Of a DNA stretch of 64,000 nt, positions 1-15,934 are shown in pieces. Under the pieces are notes generated by a model. It did no database searches. It was not told where the DNA came from and was given only the letters and a program-made list of their open reading frames with translations. The DNA is from the human T2T-CHM13v2.0 reference genome, Homo sapiens, in NCBI RefSeq assembly GCF_009914755.1, contig NC_060925.1; one strand, 5' to 3'. Both the position numbers and the translations under genes were made by a program. Every line of letters starts with the position of its first letter. Within the stretch, counting starts at the first letter, position 1.

Positions 1-249
1 GAAGTAGTTTTACAGCTTTATTAGAAGACATTTAGGGATCAGGGTGCAGAGATGCTTAATAAGTACATAAGGCTTAAATAGGATACTCTGCTACTCTGTG
101 ACTTTGTACATTCTTTATTACAAAATTTGCATGTACCCACCCTGAAAAACAGATGCCTGCATTGTGATTCCCTCAAACAATAAAAGCAATTAGGTTTTGT
201 ATGATGTTTTGCCAGGTGCAAATTAATCTCATATATATTACCCGGAAAA

Positions 250-549
250 CCCCTATTTAAAATTGCAAACCACTTTTACACATATCCCCTATTTCCAATC
301 CCCTATCTTTCTTTTTCCCCCATAACAACAAACACCTTCTAGCATATTATATAATTTATTTATATAATCGATTTATTGTCTGTCACTTCTCTATCTTGCC
401 AACTCCAACAAACCCACATCCACATTATAAGCTATGTGAGAGAAAGGAATTATGTTTCTTTTCTTCACTGCTGAATCTCTCATGCCTAAAACACAAACTG
501 GTACATAATAGGTGATCAGTAAAATTTCATTGAATAAAAGAATGAATGC
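250..549 (+). mobile_element. L2 LINE 3' end fragment
   Basis: Degenerate L2 terminus (ttcactgctgaatctctcatgcctaaaaca...ttgaataaaagaatgaatg). Left boundary approximate. Confidence 0.65.
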
Positions 550-615
550 AGTTTTTACAACATTTTTACGTTTTTTTAAATGGGTAAAATTTGAGGATGA
601 GGGAGTTTGGGTTGC

Positions 616-925
616 TTTGTTTTGTTTCATTTTGTTTTGTTCTGAGACAGCCTCACTCTGTTGCCAAGCCTGGAGAACAGTGCGCTCACTGCAGGCTTAA
701 CTCTCTGGTCTCAGGTCTCAAGCAATCCTCTCCACTCAGCCTCCTGAGGAGCTGGGACTCCAGGCACCCGCCACCAGGTCTGGCTAATTTTGGTATTTTT
801 TTGGTAGAGATGGGGGTCATCTCACTTGGTTGCCCAGGACGGTCTGAAACTCCTGAGCTCAAGTGATCCTCCTACCTCAGCCTCCCAAAGTGCTGGGATT
901 ACAGGTGTGAGCACCTCACCCAGCC
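616..925 (-). mobile_element. AluJ-type SINE
   Basis: T-rich tail at 616-642, then antisense Alu body ending cctcccaaagtgctgggattacaggtgtgagc...ccagcc. Heavily diverged, with J-like ctcaagcaatcctc and gagctcaagtgatcctc. Confidence 0.9.
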
Positions 926-1488
926 ACTTTGGCTTTTTGAATATTAGAAGTATAACTCCAGTTCTCCCTGTTTTGCCTTGCAATTAAATTACATGACATC
1001 AACATCAGCAGCAGCAGCATGATTCAAGTTTTGCACAAATACATAGACGTCTTTTAAATTCTAAGACAAATAGCTGATTCTCCCGGGTCAGCCTGTTGCA
1101 CTTCACCTTTGTCTGCATCACTTTGGGTTCAGCACAGAATGAAACTGAGGGTGGAGATGGGGAAGGATGCTGCAGACAGTCAATATGGATGCCAGTTTGC
1201 TTGAAAAGTTTTAAAAATCACGGTAAATTCATTTGCAAAGAGAATCTACATAATATAGGCATATAGTCAATACTACTGTAAAACATGTTCTGCCCCAAAT
1301 TGTCTTATGAAATGCTTTGCAGCATCTGTGTGTAATCAGATCTATTTATTGGCATTATTCCACAGTCAGATTTGTTCATATTCTCTGAACACATGAAGAC
1401 TTTGTAGGAGAGAAATTTGAATTTTATCTCAGCTTGAGCAGATTCAGAGTCAGTGTGAAGGAAATGGAGTGAGAAGGATGCTGGTCTT

Positions 1489-4450
<2,962 letters not shown>

Positions 4451-4679
4451 AAGGATGCTGGTCTTATCTCTCCCATCTCCTCTTGCCCTCATTCTGTCCC
4501 TGCTTCCCCGCCCCACTAGTCTGCCACCACTCCACACCTCCTCTCACACACCCACACAATTTGGCTTTCATTACATCTTCTTCAATGTTGGGGTAGGTTA
4601 GGGTGGAGCAGGAAACAGAGAAAAGGGCACACGTTTTTCCAAATACCTCTTGCTGCTGAAGACCTCTCCTGGCTGTCTT

Positions 4680-4997
4680 TTTCTTTTCTTGTCTTGGCTG
4701 TCATTTCCTTTTCTTTTCTTTCTCACTCTGTTGCCCAGACTGGAGTGCAATGGTGCAAGTAAAGCTCACTGCAGCCTCAAACTCCTGGGCTCAAGCAATC
4801 CACCCACCTCAGCCTCCCACCTCCCAAATAGCTGGGACTACAGGAGCACACCACCACGCCTGGCTAATTTTTACTTTTATAGAAATGGAGTCTCACTGTG
4901 TTTCCCAGGCTGGTCTCAAACCTTTGGCCTCAAGTGGTAGTCCCATCTCAGCCTCCTAAAGTGCTGGAATTATAGGCATGAGCCACCACATCCAGCC
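4680..4997 (-). mobile_element. AluJ-type SINE
   Basis: Antisense Alu (gcagcctcaaactcctgggctcaagcaatc...gagccaccacatccagcc). tg[g/a]ctgtcattt occurs on both sides as a probable TSD. Confidence 0.9.
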
Positions 4998-5459
4998 TGA
5001 CTGTCATTTTACTCTATGTGGTAGGTGACCTAGTGGGTTCCTCAGGAAATCTTAAAGAAATCTTCACGGTGTAGTTGCTGATGTGAGAGACTTTCCAGCT
5101 TAAATCCCCCACCTCTCTCTCCTCTCACCTCTTGCTTTTTGGATTCCTACCTCAGCAAGCCACTCTCTGCCATAAAGTCCTCTTAAGATAGATGAAGTCT
5201 TGCTTCTTTTCACAGGGTCCGTCTACCTGGCCTACACACCCATGACACACCACACATTGGGAATGCAGATTTCTCTCTTACTTCTCCTGTGTATTCACCC
5301 TGCCATCTCTTCCCTGCTCCTTTCTCCTGTTCTGGTAGGTAATGGGACAGAACCACAAGCACACCACCTCGGCAGACATCCATCCAGGATGAGAGATAGC
5401 TGCCTCCCTTCTTTATCGAAATGGCAGTCTAGTGGTGACTCAGAGACTGAGCGCTTGAG

Positions 5460-5625
5460 CCACACTGCTCAATTCAAGTTACAGTGCCTCCATTTACTGC
5501 TCCTGTGACACTAGGCATGTTTTTAAATTTCTCTGTACCTCAGATAACTCATCTATAAAATGGAGATAATAATATCTCCTACCATAGGATTACTATGAAG
5601 ATCAAATAAGTTAATTCTAGTAAAA
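5460..5625 (+). mobile_element. MIR SINE
   Basis: MIR core: tctctgtacctcag...catctataaaatggagataataata...aggattactatgaagatcaaataag. Confidence 0.8.
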
Positions 5626-5920
5626 ATTGCATTCGATATATTCTATTATCAACCCAAATTTCTGTTAATTGTTGTTTTAGAAACCATTTTTGGTGACAGG
5701 GAGGATGACTCCCACCCCTTCCCTTCTCCTGCCAAGGGAGCATAGAAAAGGCTCAGCACTCTCTTGTTAGTCGGGGGACCACTCTAACCCTCCTGCTTGG
5801 TTCCAAACTCCATCCGTTCTCACCTGCACTTCTGCAAATAGCACCCTAACCAGACGCCTCACCTCCCTACAAACCATTCTTCCTCCTACAACCAGGACAA
5901 TTTCCTGAAGGCAGAAGTCA

Positions 5921-6310
5921 GCACATATATATGTATATATATATATTTTCTTTTTTTTTTTTTTCTCTAGAGGACCGAATAACAAATATTTTAGGCTTTG
6001 CAAGACAAGAGGCAAAAATCAAAGATATAATGTAGGCACTTTCAAAACAAAAAAGAAAAAAATCAAAAAATGTTTATTGATAGAATTTAAAATATATTAA
6101 TAATTGAGTACAATTTTGTCATAATACATGTAAATTTAATAAAAAGGAAGTAATTGTTTTGGAAGGAATAACATTTTGCTTAACTGGGATTCAAGTTAGT
6201 GTTTCCAATCCTCAGAACAATTGCAAATGTTAATTTGTTAATGCTGATCTGAAATGGAATTTTATGTTTCATCTTTGAAATTGTTCCTTGCACAATAGTT
6301 GACACTGCCA
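5921..6310. mobile_element. hAT-Charlie DNA transposon fragment (Cheshire/MER58B-like)
   Basis: aaatattttaggctttgcaagacaagaggcaaaaatcaaagatataatgtaggc and gttaatgctgatctg...tttcatctttgaaa resemble the Cheshire end and antisense transposase C-terminus. A (TA)n/T tract sits near the terminus. Confidence 0.7.
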
Positions 6311-7769
6311 GTGACTACCCATGTACTTACATATATTGAAGCTCAAAATTATTTAAAGTTTTCAAGAGTTGTTACTATGCATTTTACAGTCATTGAGCCA
6401 TTGAAAATTTGGGGTAACATGTCAGAAACAAGGTATAAAAACTGAAGTAATCACTTTGCACACCTGCTGATATAAACAGAAAATAAACGTGCTATTTTCA
6501 AAGTATGCTCAGTAAAGTGTCTTTGATAGAAAATAGGCTCAAAAGATCCTATTTGCAGAAACAATCAAAACATCAAAAATGGAATCAACTAATTTTAGAA
6601 ATCTCCTTTTGATGATGAGAATATGAATCAAGAACAATGGGAAAATTTCTTACTCAAAATATATTAGTAATATTTTGTAATATGAAGGAAAAATATGTTA
6701 AAACATGAATAATGTACATTGTTATCTGGATTAAATTTGATATCTTGTAACTATTAAATGTGCACAGTTATTTAGCAGAACAAAAATCAATTAAGAAACA
6801 ATCTTCAACTTTATATATCACATATTTAAATGCAAAAAATTAATTAACCCCACTCATTAGTTAAAGAAACTTAATAATCTATGTAGAAAGAAAGCATAAG
6901 TATATATACAGAAAAATGTGCTAAAAACATAAAATGGAAAAGACTAATCTAATTCTATCCAAGAAAGGAGATTGTTTCTCAACATCTCTATATCATGCTA
7001 AAAATTGTTTTAAAGGCCACACTCAATAAATAGACAATGTTCACAAAAAAGTTAATATGCTTAATGTACTTCAATAAAAAATGTATTTGTATTCATAGTT
7101 TGGTTGTTTTTTACTTCACATAATTTCCAAGTAAAAAAACAGGTTTTTCTTCTACTTCATAAAACATTATAATTCAGCCCTGAGAGAAAATTGTGTAAGA
7201 ACACAAGTTTTCATGCTTATGAGCAAAATATGTGGTATTTTGCAATAATAATTATGATGAAATCATTGAAGCCAAGAGGAAAGTGGTATAACACCTGGAA
7301 GGTTCTTAGCAATTTGCTTAGATAATCATTCAGTTCAGAGTGGTTATTTCACTCATAGAGATATACAGTCAGAGTCATTTTGATGAGGACCTTATTGCAA
7401 CAATAATATAGCAGTAGATGTGTGATGTTCAAAATATAAACACATTAAAGTGGTATAAAATGTAAAATTTAAAGAAGAATGTATCCTCCTTTAAAGGTGA
7501 ATGAATGTAATGAAAGGTGGTGAATGTATCTATGTTTTTGCAAGATTTTCTAAACTAAGGGCTTGGTTTTAAGGTGGATTATTGTCCAGGTGCTTTTATA
7601 AGGTAAAAGTTATTCCAAAATGCTATCTTAGATTCTTATTTGAGGATTATAACAGGATCACATTGGAAGAAGAATAAACTAGTAGAATGGCAACTAGAAA
7701 GGACAATTATTAATTCTTATCACAATAGCTACAATGGATATGAAGCTTATGTGTCATCTACCAGTATTT

Positions 7770-7935
7770 GATGAAAAGTTCATTTATTTCCCACAATAAT
7801 CCAAAGAAGTAGGTACCATTATTAGCTCCCTCCTTATAGTAAAGAGAAGGAATCAGGAATGATGTAACTTGCTCAAGGTTGTCCAGCTGGGAAGCACCCA
7901 TGCCTGTATTTGATTCCAGACCCTCTGCCACTTCA
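7770..7935 (-). mobile_element. MIR SINE (inside the 23-bp inverted repeat)
   Basis: cacaataatccaaagaagtaggtaccattatt...gtaacttgctcaaggttgtccagct...atttgattccag matches antisense MIR core. Confidence 0.7.
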
Positions 7936-8059
7936 CGTCCCACTACACGAGTTTTTACAGCAGAAGTTGTATGCACCAAAAATGAAACTAGAGCCCCTGG
8001 ACAATAATCCACCTTAAAGTCAATCCATTTCCAACTATGTCATGTTGGAAGATAATAAT

Positions 8060-8240
8060 GATGTTAATAACAGCTAACATATGGATTGCGCTTACTATGT
8101 GTCAGGCACTATTCTAATCAGTATTATAATATGTAGTTATAATTATTTTACCCATAAGACAACTGCAGCTCAGGAAAATTAAGTTACATGCCAAAGATCA
8201 TTTTGAAAGTGACAGAGCCAGGATATAAACCCTGGGGTCA
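8060..8240 (-). mobile_element. MIR SINE
   Basis: aataacagctaacat...ttactatgtgtcaggcactattctaa...gacagagccaggatataaaccc. Confidence 0.7.
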
Positions 8241-8269
8241 AATCAGGTCCAAGTAATGACAGTAGAAAA

Positions 8270-8850
8270 AGCCTTCACCTAGACTCCTATATCAGCTAAG
8301 ACCAAACATCCTTCAGTTGACTCACTCTTTCCATACCGCAGACAAAGTGACCTTTTTAAAATGTAAATCTGATGATATGAACCCCTGGTTAAGCTCTCCC
8401 AGTGGCTTCCCATAGAGCTTCATAGAAATATGCCATTAGAAATCCCAGCACTGTCTGAATCCTACCTACCTTCTGGTCTTGTTCCCCACTGAACTTCCCA
8501 TCATCCTCTACTTCAGCCACACTGGTTTTTCTTGAGTATCTCTACATCCCACACTGCTTTCTCCCACAGGCTCTTGGCACAGATTGCTCCTCCATGCAGA
8601 ACCCTGCTCTATCTCTCTTGTCTTCCAATTCACAGCTAAAGCATCACTTCCTAAGGAGAGACCTTCCCTGACTCCAACACACATACACACATCAAATCCC
8701 CTTCTAGTCCCTTTTATATGCAATACAGCTTCTTTGCAGTACTCATCACTGTTGCAATTTTACAATTATAATGTAATTATTTGATTAACATCATTCTCTT
8801 TTACTAGTCTATAAGTAGAGGGAGGTCAGGACTCTGACTTGTTTTGCCAC
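8270..8850 (+). mobile_element. L2 LINE fragment
   Basis: tttttaaaatgtaaatctgat...cagtggcttccc...cttcagccacactgg...ggagagaccttccctgac are L2-typical motifs. Confidence 0.7.
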
Positions 8851-9308
8851 TTTTAGGTTGGGTTCCTTGAGACAAAGATGTAGGTGCAAGTATCTTATTT
8901 GGGACGTAATTCCAAGAAGCACCAGTAAGAGAGTGGGGCAGTAAGACAGGAAAGACAATACAGCCAATATAGGGTATGTTAATGAACAGTTTGCCATTGT
9001 GGGAAATTGAAACAATCTTTTAGGGACCTCTGGGAGACCACGTAGAACACCCCTCAGTCATCCCACCAGAGGGATGAGACACTACAATATTACTTCATCG
9101 CTTCCATCCATAATTGGTTTAGGGTTGCTCTCAGGAATGTTAACTCCTCGTCATTTCCAGCCAGTCATGCACACAAGCCAATATCATTCCTACAGACAGT
9201 GAAAGTATTCAGAGAATTGTCAGGTATTTGCAGTAAGAAGCAATCGACTTGTATAGATAGAGTTAGTGCCAGAGAAATACTGGTGGTCAACTGATAGCAT
9301 CTGCTACA
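8850..9308 (-). mobile_element. ERVL LTR (LTR33-like)
   Basis: Minus strand starts TGTAGCAGATGCT at 9308. gtgcaagtatcttatttgggacgtaattccaagaagcaccagtaag is LTR33-like. A purine tract (caagggaggga) lies directly upstream on the minus strand, like a PPT. Confidence 0.7.
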
Positions 9309-10467
9309 GTCCCTCCCTTGTGACCCAACTCATGATCCAAATTAAATTTACTCAGACCTCAGTCCTATCACAGATATTTAAAATTCATAAGTATTCACAA
9401 TTTCTTTTTTTTAAAAAAAGAAAAAGACAATAGGAAGATTCATGGTATAAACTTTATTCCCAGTTGCATTGATACAATTTGTTCAGGCCATAACTGATAT
9501 TAATTTTCTTTCTCCTCCACCACCTGTTTTAGGTTGTAATCAAATTCAGCCAGCGCTTTGGTCTAGGTCACTGGCTCTGTAAACTAAGGTCAACCTGTTT
9601 CACCACTGAGGTGTCTAAGCCCTTAAATATGAGGCCTTTGTCAGGGCTATAGTTTCTAGAATAATCTGTTCACTATTATCACTATGCATATAAGCATCGG
9701 GAGTCTCCATAAAGCTTCATTATGTAGCAACATCCTTATGTCCTTATGATAATTTGGCTCAATTATTCCTTCCTGTAGAGTATCTAATTTCTTTGCCTGA
9801 TGGTTTACTAGAATGAGGGACCCTAAATAAACTGGTGTAAGCCAATTCTTCCAGTTTAGTGGAAATTTTATTATTGCCCTTGATTAGAACCAGGACCTCT
9901 AATTACTCAAAGCAGACAGGAAGCACAAATTCCCTAGGAATGATAAGGAGAGGGACCATTTCTCAATCTACATCCCCGCAGCAGCTCAGCAAAGTGTTCC
10001 CACTATCAGTAGAGAAGCAGCACCAGGACGATGGTTTTAGTGATTATAGAAACAGAATGTCATTGGCAGTAATAGAAAAATAACAGTTGCATTAGGATAG
10101 TGGTAACAAATGCTACAGACAGAAACATCCTGAAATAGAATGATAAGTATCCAGATCCATATTTTTCATTGATTCTGAATTCATCTTCTATAACTTTATA
10201 ACTTCAGGCTTCTGCAGAAAAGCTATACAGATCTCAGAGATGCATTTTTTCATTTATCTAACACATTTTAATTGATTTTCTACTATGCTTATAGAAATAG
10301 CAGATATTGGTTGCAGTGGGGTTAATGGATTGATATTGACAACAACAACAATATTAAATAGCAACATCCATTTCTTAACTACTTATTGTATGTTGTACTT
10401 TCTGTTATGTGTTTTATATGCATCTAATGTGTACATTTCAGGGGTGAATACAAATAGGGTCATATTT

Positions 10468-10766
<299 letters not shown>

Positions 10767-10984
10767 AAATAGGGTCATATTTATAAGAAAACACCAAGTC
10801 ATGAAACTAAGAGAATTCTAGACTTTTTCCAAGACTTTCTACCTTCATTTATCACCCAGAATTCCCAGTGGCCCTTCAGTAGGTAGTCTGAATGTAATCT
10901 ACTATGAGATTCTAGGCCCAGTCATTTTAAGTAGTTCACCCCTAGGTCTATTAATAATACTTTCCAACTGCTACTCCCCATTCT

Positions 10985-11800
10985 TTTTTTAAAATCTGAT
11001 TTTATAAAATGGACGCATAATAATTATACATACTTTTTGCATACAGAGTGATGCATCAATACATGTATGCAATGTGTAAAAATCAAATTAGGGTAATTAG
11101 CATATCTGTCACCTAAAAATTTATCATTTATTTGTGGTAAGAACATTCAAATTTCTCTCTTCTAGCTATTTTGAAACATACATTATTCTTAACCATAGTC
11201 ACTCTACTGTGCCATGGAACACTAGAACCTATTCCACTTATCCAGCGGTAACTTTTTACCCCTTGACCAACACTCCCCTCCTTTTCCCAGCCTCTGATAA
11301 CTACCATTTTAGCCTCTACCTCTATGAGATCAACTTGTTTAGACTCCACGTATGAGAGGGATCATGAGGTATTTGTCTTTATGAGCCTGGTGTCTTTCAC
11401 TTATGATGTCCTTCAAGCTCATGCGTGTTTTTGCAAATGACAGTATTTCATTCTTTTTAAGGCTGTGTATACCATTGTGTATATATACCACATTTTTCCT
11501 TATCCATTCATCTGTTTAAGGACACTTAGGTTAATTCCATATCTTGGCTATTGTGAATAGTGCTATAATAAACATGGGAGTGCTGATATCTATTCAAGAT
11601 ATTGATTTCCTTTCATTTGTCTATATATCTAGTAGTAGAATTGCTGGGCCATACGGTAGTTCTATTTTTAATTTTTTGAGGAAGTTCCATACTGTCTTCT
11701 TCCACAGTGGCTGTACTAACTGACATTCCTACTAATAGTGTATAAGAGTTCTTCTTTCCCCACTTCCTCACCAACATTTGCTATTTTTTATTTTTTTTAA
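10985..11800 (-). mobile_element. L1MA-type LINE-1 3' end
   Basis: agggtaattagcatatc...ctcttctagctattttgaaa...atttcattctttttaaggctg...ggctattgtgaatagtgct. Confidence 0.85.
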
Positions 11801-12489
11801 TAAAATGCCACTGCCTATTTTTGTACCCCTCCTAGAGTCCCCAAGGACAGAAGGTGAATGATGCTTGCAGCTCTCATTCAGTGATATCCTTTTCAACCTT
11901 TTGCAACACTGTTTGTAGCCACATCTGCTGCCAGAACCATCTAGAAGATAGAGACTTCCCACAAGTTGGTGTCTGCTCACTGGCGAATCCAATGTACCCT
12001 TGGAATTGCAGACTCTCTTCCCACATCCCCCAGATGCAGCTCTAAGTTCACTGCAGCTGCCGTGGTACATTCCCCCACACACTGACAGCTTTCAAAACAT
12101 CAAGTGTCCACATCTTTCTGCCCACTTCCTTAAGGCTTTCTCTGGAATCAAGGTGGAGCTTGCTCAGTCCACATGCAGATTCTAGAACAATCATATTTCT
12201 TCTTCATTTATGAGGACCTTCTATAAGGTCTCTGTTATCACAGTCTGCTATCTAGATACCACACTTTATCCTCTATGAGTAAATCGATTGTCTACCCATA
12301 GCCAAGGCCAAATTATAGCAATAGATAAGTTTTCAGCTCTTTACCAGCAGTCTGAGAGACATTTTCAAGCTGTTCAAGTAGGCTGACAATACAGACTACA
12401 AGAAGATGTAAGGTGGAGTGATTAAATAGTGTTGGCAAAGCAAATAAAAGTCCATATGAGTCTCAGCTTCAGTCCCTGCTACATGTATA

Positions 12490-12818
12490 CAGTAGGCCTC
12501 CTTTATCCTCAGGGTAACAGCGAGACACCAATGGATGCCTGAAACCACAGATAGTACTGAATCCTATATATACTCTGTTTTTTCCCATATATCCATCATA
12601 AAGTTTAATGTATAAATTAGGCATAATAAGAGATTAATAACAATAGCTAATTAATAAAAAAGAACAATTATAATACTGTAATAAAAGTTAGTGAGTGTGG
12701 TCTCCCCCTCTCCCCCACAATATCTTATTGTACTATATTCACCTATTTTTGGACGACAGGTGACCACAGGTAACTGAAACCATGGAAAGCAAAACCATTC
12801 ATAATGGGGGGACTACTG
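12490..12818 (+). mobile_element. MER44A-like TcMar-Tigger MITE
   Basis: TA|CAGTAGgcctcctttat ... ataatggggggaCTACTG|TA. TIRs and TA TSD intact. Internal ggatgcctgaaacc and ggtaactgaaacc motifs. Confidence 0.85.
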
Positions 12819-15800
12819 TATTTTCTCATTTAATTCTCACATCAACACTCTGGGATGAGTGGTATCATCCTTGTTTAGCAGTGAGGAAGCCAAGACACCT
12901 TAACGTGTCTAAAATAACACACTTAACAATGGTCAAAGGTGTATTTGCAGTTTGGAGGTGGGGAAAGGGAAGGTACCATCTATCTGGTGGTATTATCACC
13001 AAAATTGCTAACTAGAAAAGTATCTAAAGCAAAGACTGACTAAAACTTTTAGTAAACTTGTGGATATAGTATAGCTTCAGTTTCTTCATCGCAGACCTAA
13101 TGTTTTTAAGATGAGTATATTCTCTCAGTATACTCATAAGCATCCAGAATGCACATCAACATACTCAAGCAAACCGCCATTTATACAGGTATCCAGGAAA
13201 GTTTTTACTTTTCTCCTAAGCCAGAAGATCATCATTTATTCATGGTGAAGACTCTATGAAATTTGTAACATCTATACTAACAGCTGTTTGGGGTGAAGCC
13301 CAGATAAAATTAAGGAATCTTTTCAATACTGAAATTAATTCCAATTTCAGCCTTTCAACACACATGTCCAACAAAAGACCTAATTATTTCATCATTTACA
13401 TTTTTAAACAGTACTTTAGGTACCACTTGCCTAGCTAACAAGACTCTAATTTCAAGCTTCTTGTATCAGCAAATCATCGTAGTGGTGTAAACATGAGACA
13501 ATTGTTGATGTTCAGAGGCCCATTACCTCTCATGATCAGAGATTTTCCATGTGAAAGATGAAATGAATGTCATATGACTGTCGCCACCTTCAAAGGCCCA
13601 CGTGCAAAAACTGATGGAAGTGTTCTGACTCACTAAAAGAAACAAAAACAGTTCATCTACTTGGAATCTTTAACACACTTCGGGAAACAAACAAAACGCT
13701 CTTTGAGAGCTGGTTTGTTTTTTTCTTTACTTAAAAGAAAGCTTAATTGCAGAATCAAAGCCAAAATATAAATGCAATCCTCAGAGTGTTTTTCAATAAG
13801 AGGCACGCAATTTAGGAGATCATAGAGTGTGAGTTCAAAGAAAAGAGCCAGTGTTTACTTCTTTTAATACAATTATATATTTTAGTCTGTTTTTGAGCTG
13901 TCTTCCTGCAATCTTGCACTTGTCAAGAACAAATCCAACATTAAGTTTCTGTTTGTATCAACATGATAAATTTTGTTTCCATATCTTTGATCTGTGCTTT
14001 ACTTTCTACACAAACATGCATGTATCTTAACATTCATCTACATGTTGCCTTATTAAATCCAATCCACTATCTCCTGTCCTGTTTCTCCTGCTCTAGTCTT
14101 CTTTTTCTCCATCTCTCCCAGACTGTGGGCAAATAGCCTTTGGTCTTATCTCATACTCACTGATAAAAACCTCTTTCAGAGCTGAATCGGGGCCCTGGGA
14201 ATAGTCCTTTACCTTGTCAGAGCACTCTCTGTATTTTATTATTTCTCTATTCATTTTTCAGCAACATGTTATTTTCCCTTTTCAATAATTGATTGTATTC
14301 ATGACTTCTGCCACTAGATTGAAAATGAATCTCCTTAAGCAAAAAAAAGTTAGATTTTGAAAGGCTTTACATTCTCTAAATAAATTCCTAACTGGCATGA
14401 ACTGCCATTCACCTTCACCTAATACGCAAATGTGTTACCTCTTATTGTGACTCAAGGAAGGTAGAAGGTATTGAAACAAAGAAAACCTTTTAAATATTAC
14501 CAGACAGGTGCCAAGTTCAGCAACATTTAAAGTTAGCATCCCAAACGAAATATCCTAAGGCTATTTAATGGAAGCAATTGCAAACCATGGGTCTCCTGCC
14601 ATCGGGTAAAGCCAAAAGTAGTGGAAAGAGGGCTAATTATAGACTGTAAATTTTCTGCTCTTTTTGTGACTGAATTTCTTCAGGATGCTGACCCTGGAGC
14701 CATAAAATCTTGGCACCCATTATTTCACAGTGAAAAGTGTTTCACTTTTTTCTTAAGTATTGAAGTAGTTCATGATCTTAAAATGGATTTAGTGAAAAGG
14801 CAGCAGCTTTCTATTATTTTTTTCCATTTGTTCCAACAAGGTCACAGGAAAATGTCAAAAGTAACTTGTATTGGTGTTGTTACCAATTTGGTTTGTCTTA
14901 GGTCACATATAAAAGCTGACTTTTGGATACATAAATTGCTTTCTCTTAAATTTTTCTTTTTCTTAGTTAATTAATTGAGATTGACAAGCATATGTATGCA
15001 GTTCAATCTCGCCAAAGGGCTGCTTGTGCCAAAATCCACTTATTCTTTCTGGACTTTCATTATTCTAACTCCAAAGAGTTTACCAAGAGCAAAATGTAGC
15101 AAGATAGTGTCTTTCCCTAGAGACTCAGCATTTAAATAGATTAGGATCCCAAGGCAAATCAAATGCTTCATGTCCTGGGAGTTTAATTCAGCTCTTGTTA
15201 ATTAACTAGTCAGTGGATTGATGATAAGATGTTAGTTATACCAGAATAAAGACAGAAATAAAATAGCCTTTCTGGATTTTCATATTTTGTCATATGTGTA
15301 GTTAAGAAAAATAAAAAACTACTGTACCCAATCTGAATGCTAATCTAAAATATCTACATTTCTGAATAATGGATGTCATGATTAGGACTGATGCTATGCA
15401 TTAGCAGGCTACCTGCTTTGTATGATTTGAGAGACAATACAAGTTCTCTCCACTAGTTTACCAATCCCCTCTACCAATGTTCTCTGACCCTACCTATTAA
15501 AGTTAGATTTATATTATAACCTCCACATAGCTGACACTTTGAGTTACAGCTCAAATATGCTGTTTCCTGAAAAACAATTTTAAGTATCATAAGGGTATAA
15601 GCCTCTTAAATTAATGCACTAGTTCCTGTCAATGACTTCTCTTATTGGATGGTAGAGAGCAAGGAAGACAGCAATACCCAATATCTGTATTGTGGGAAAT
15701 CCACAAGTTTACTCTCAGTATCACATTTGGGGGTACTAAGCTGTTGGCTAGTAAAAGAGAACAATAGAGGATGCGTAACTTTCTCAAAATTTAGGAGAGT

Positions 15801-15934
15801 AGTTCATGGGTGATAATGAGGCTGGGCTACTGAAGGAACTAACACATATGTAGAGTTAAAATTTAAATTCCTTGAAACTAGAACTGGGGCAAACTATTAT
15901 ATTTAACCCCTTTCTCTAAAGAACACTTCTGTTT

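Noticed and set aside
13111-13137. 9-bp stem hairpin atgagtata...tatactcat
   Set aside because: AT-rich and short enough to arise by chance in 64 kb.
14621-14974. 117-aa ORF in non-repeat DNA
   Set aside because: GTG start, no recognisable domain, composition typical of AT-rich non-coding sequence.
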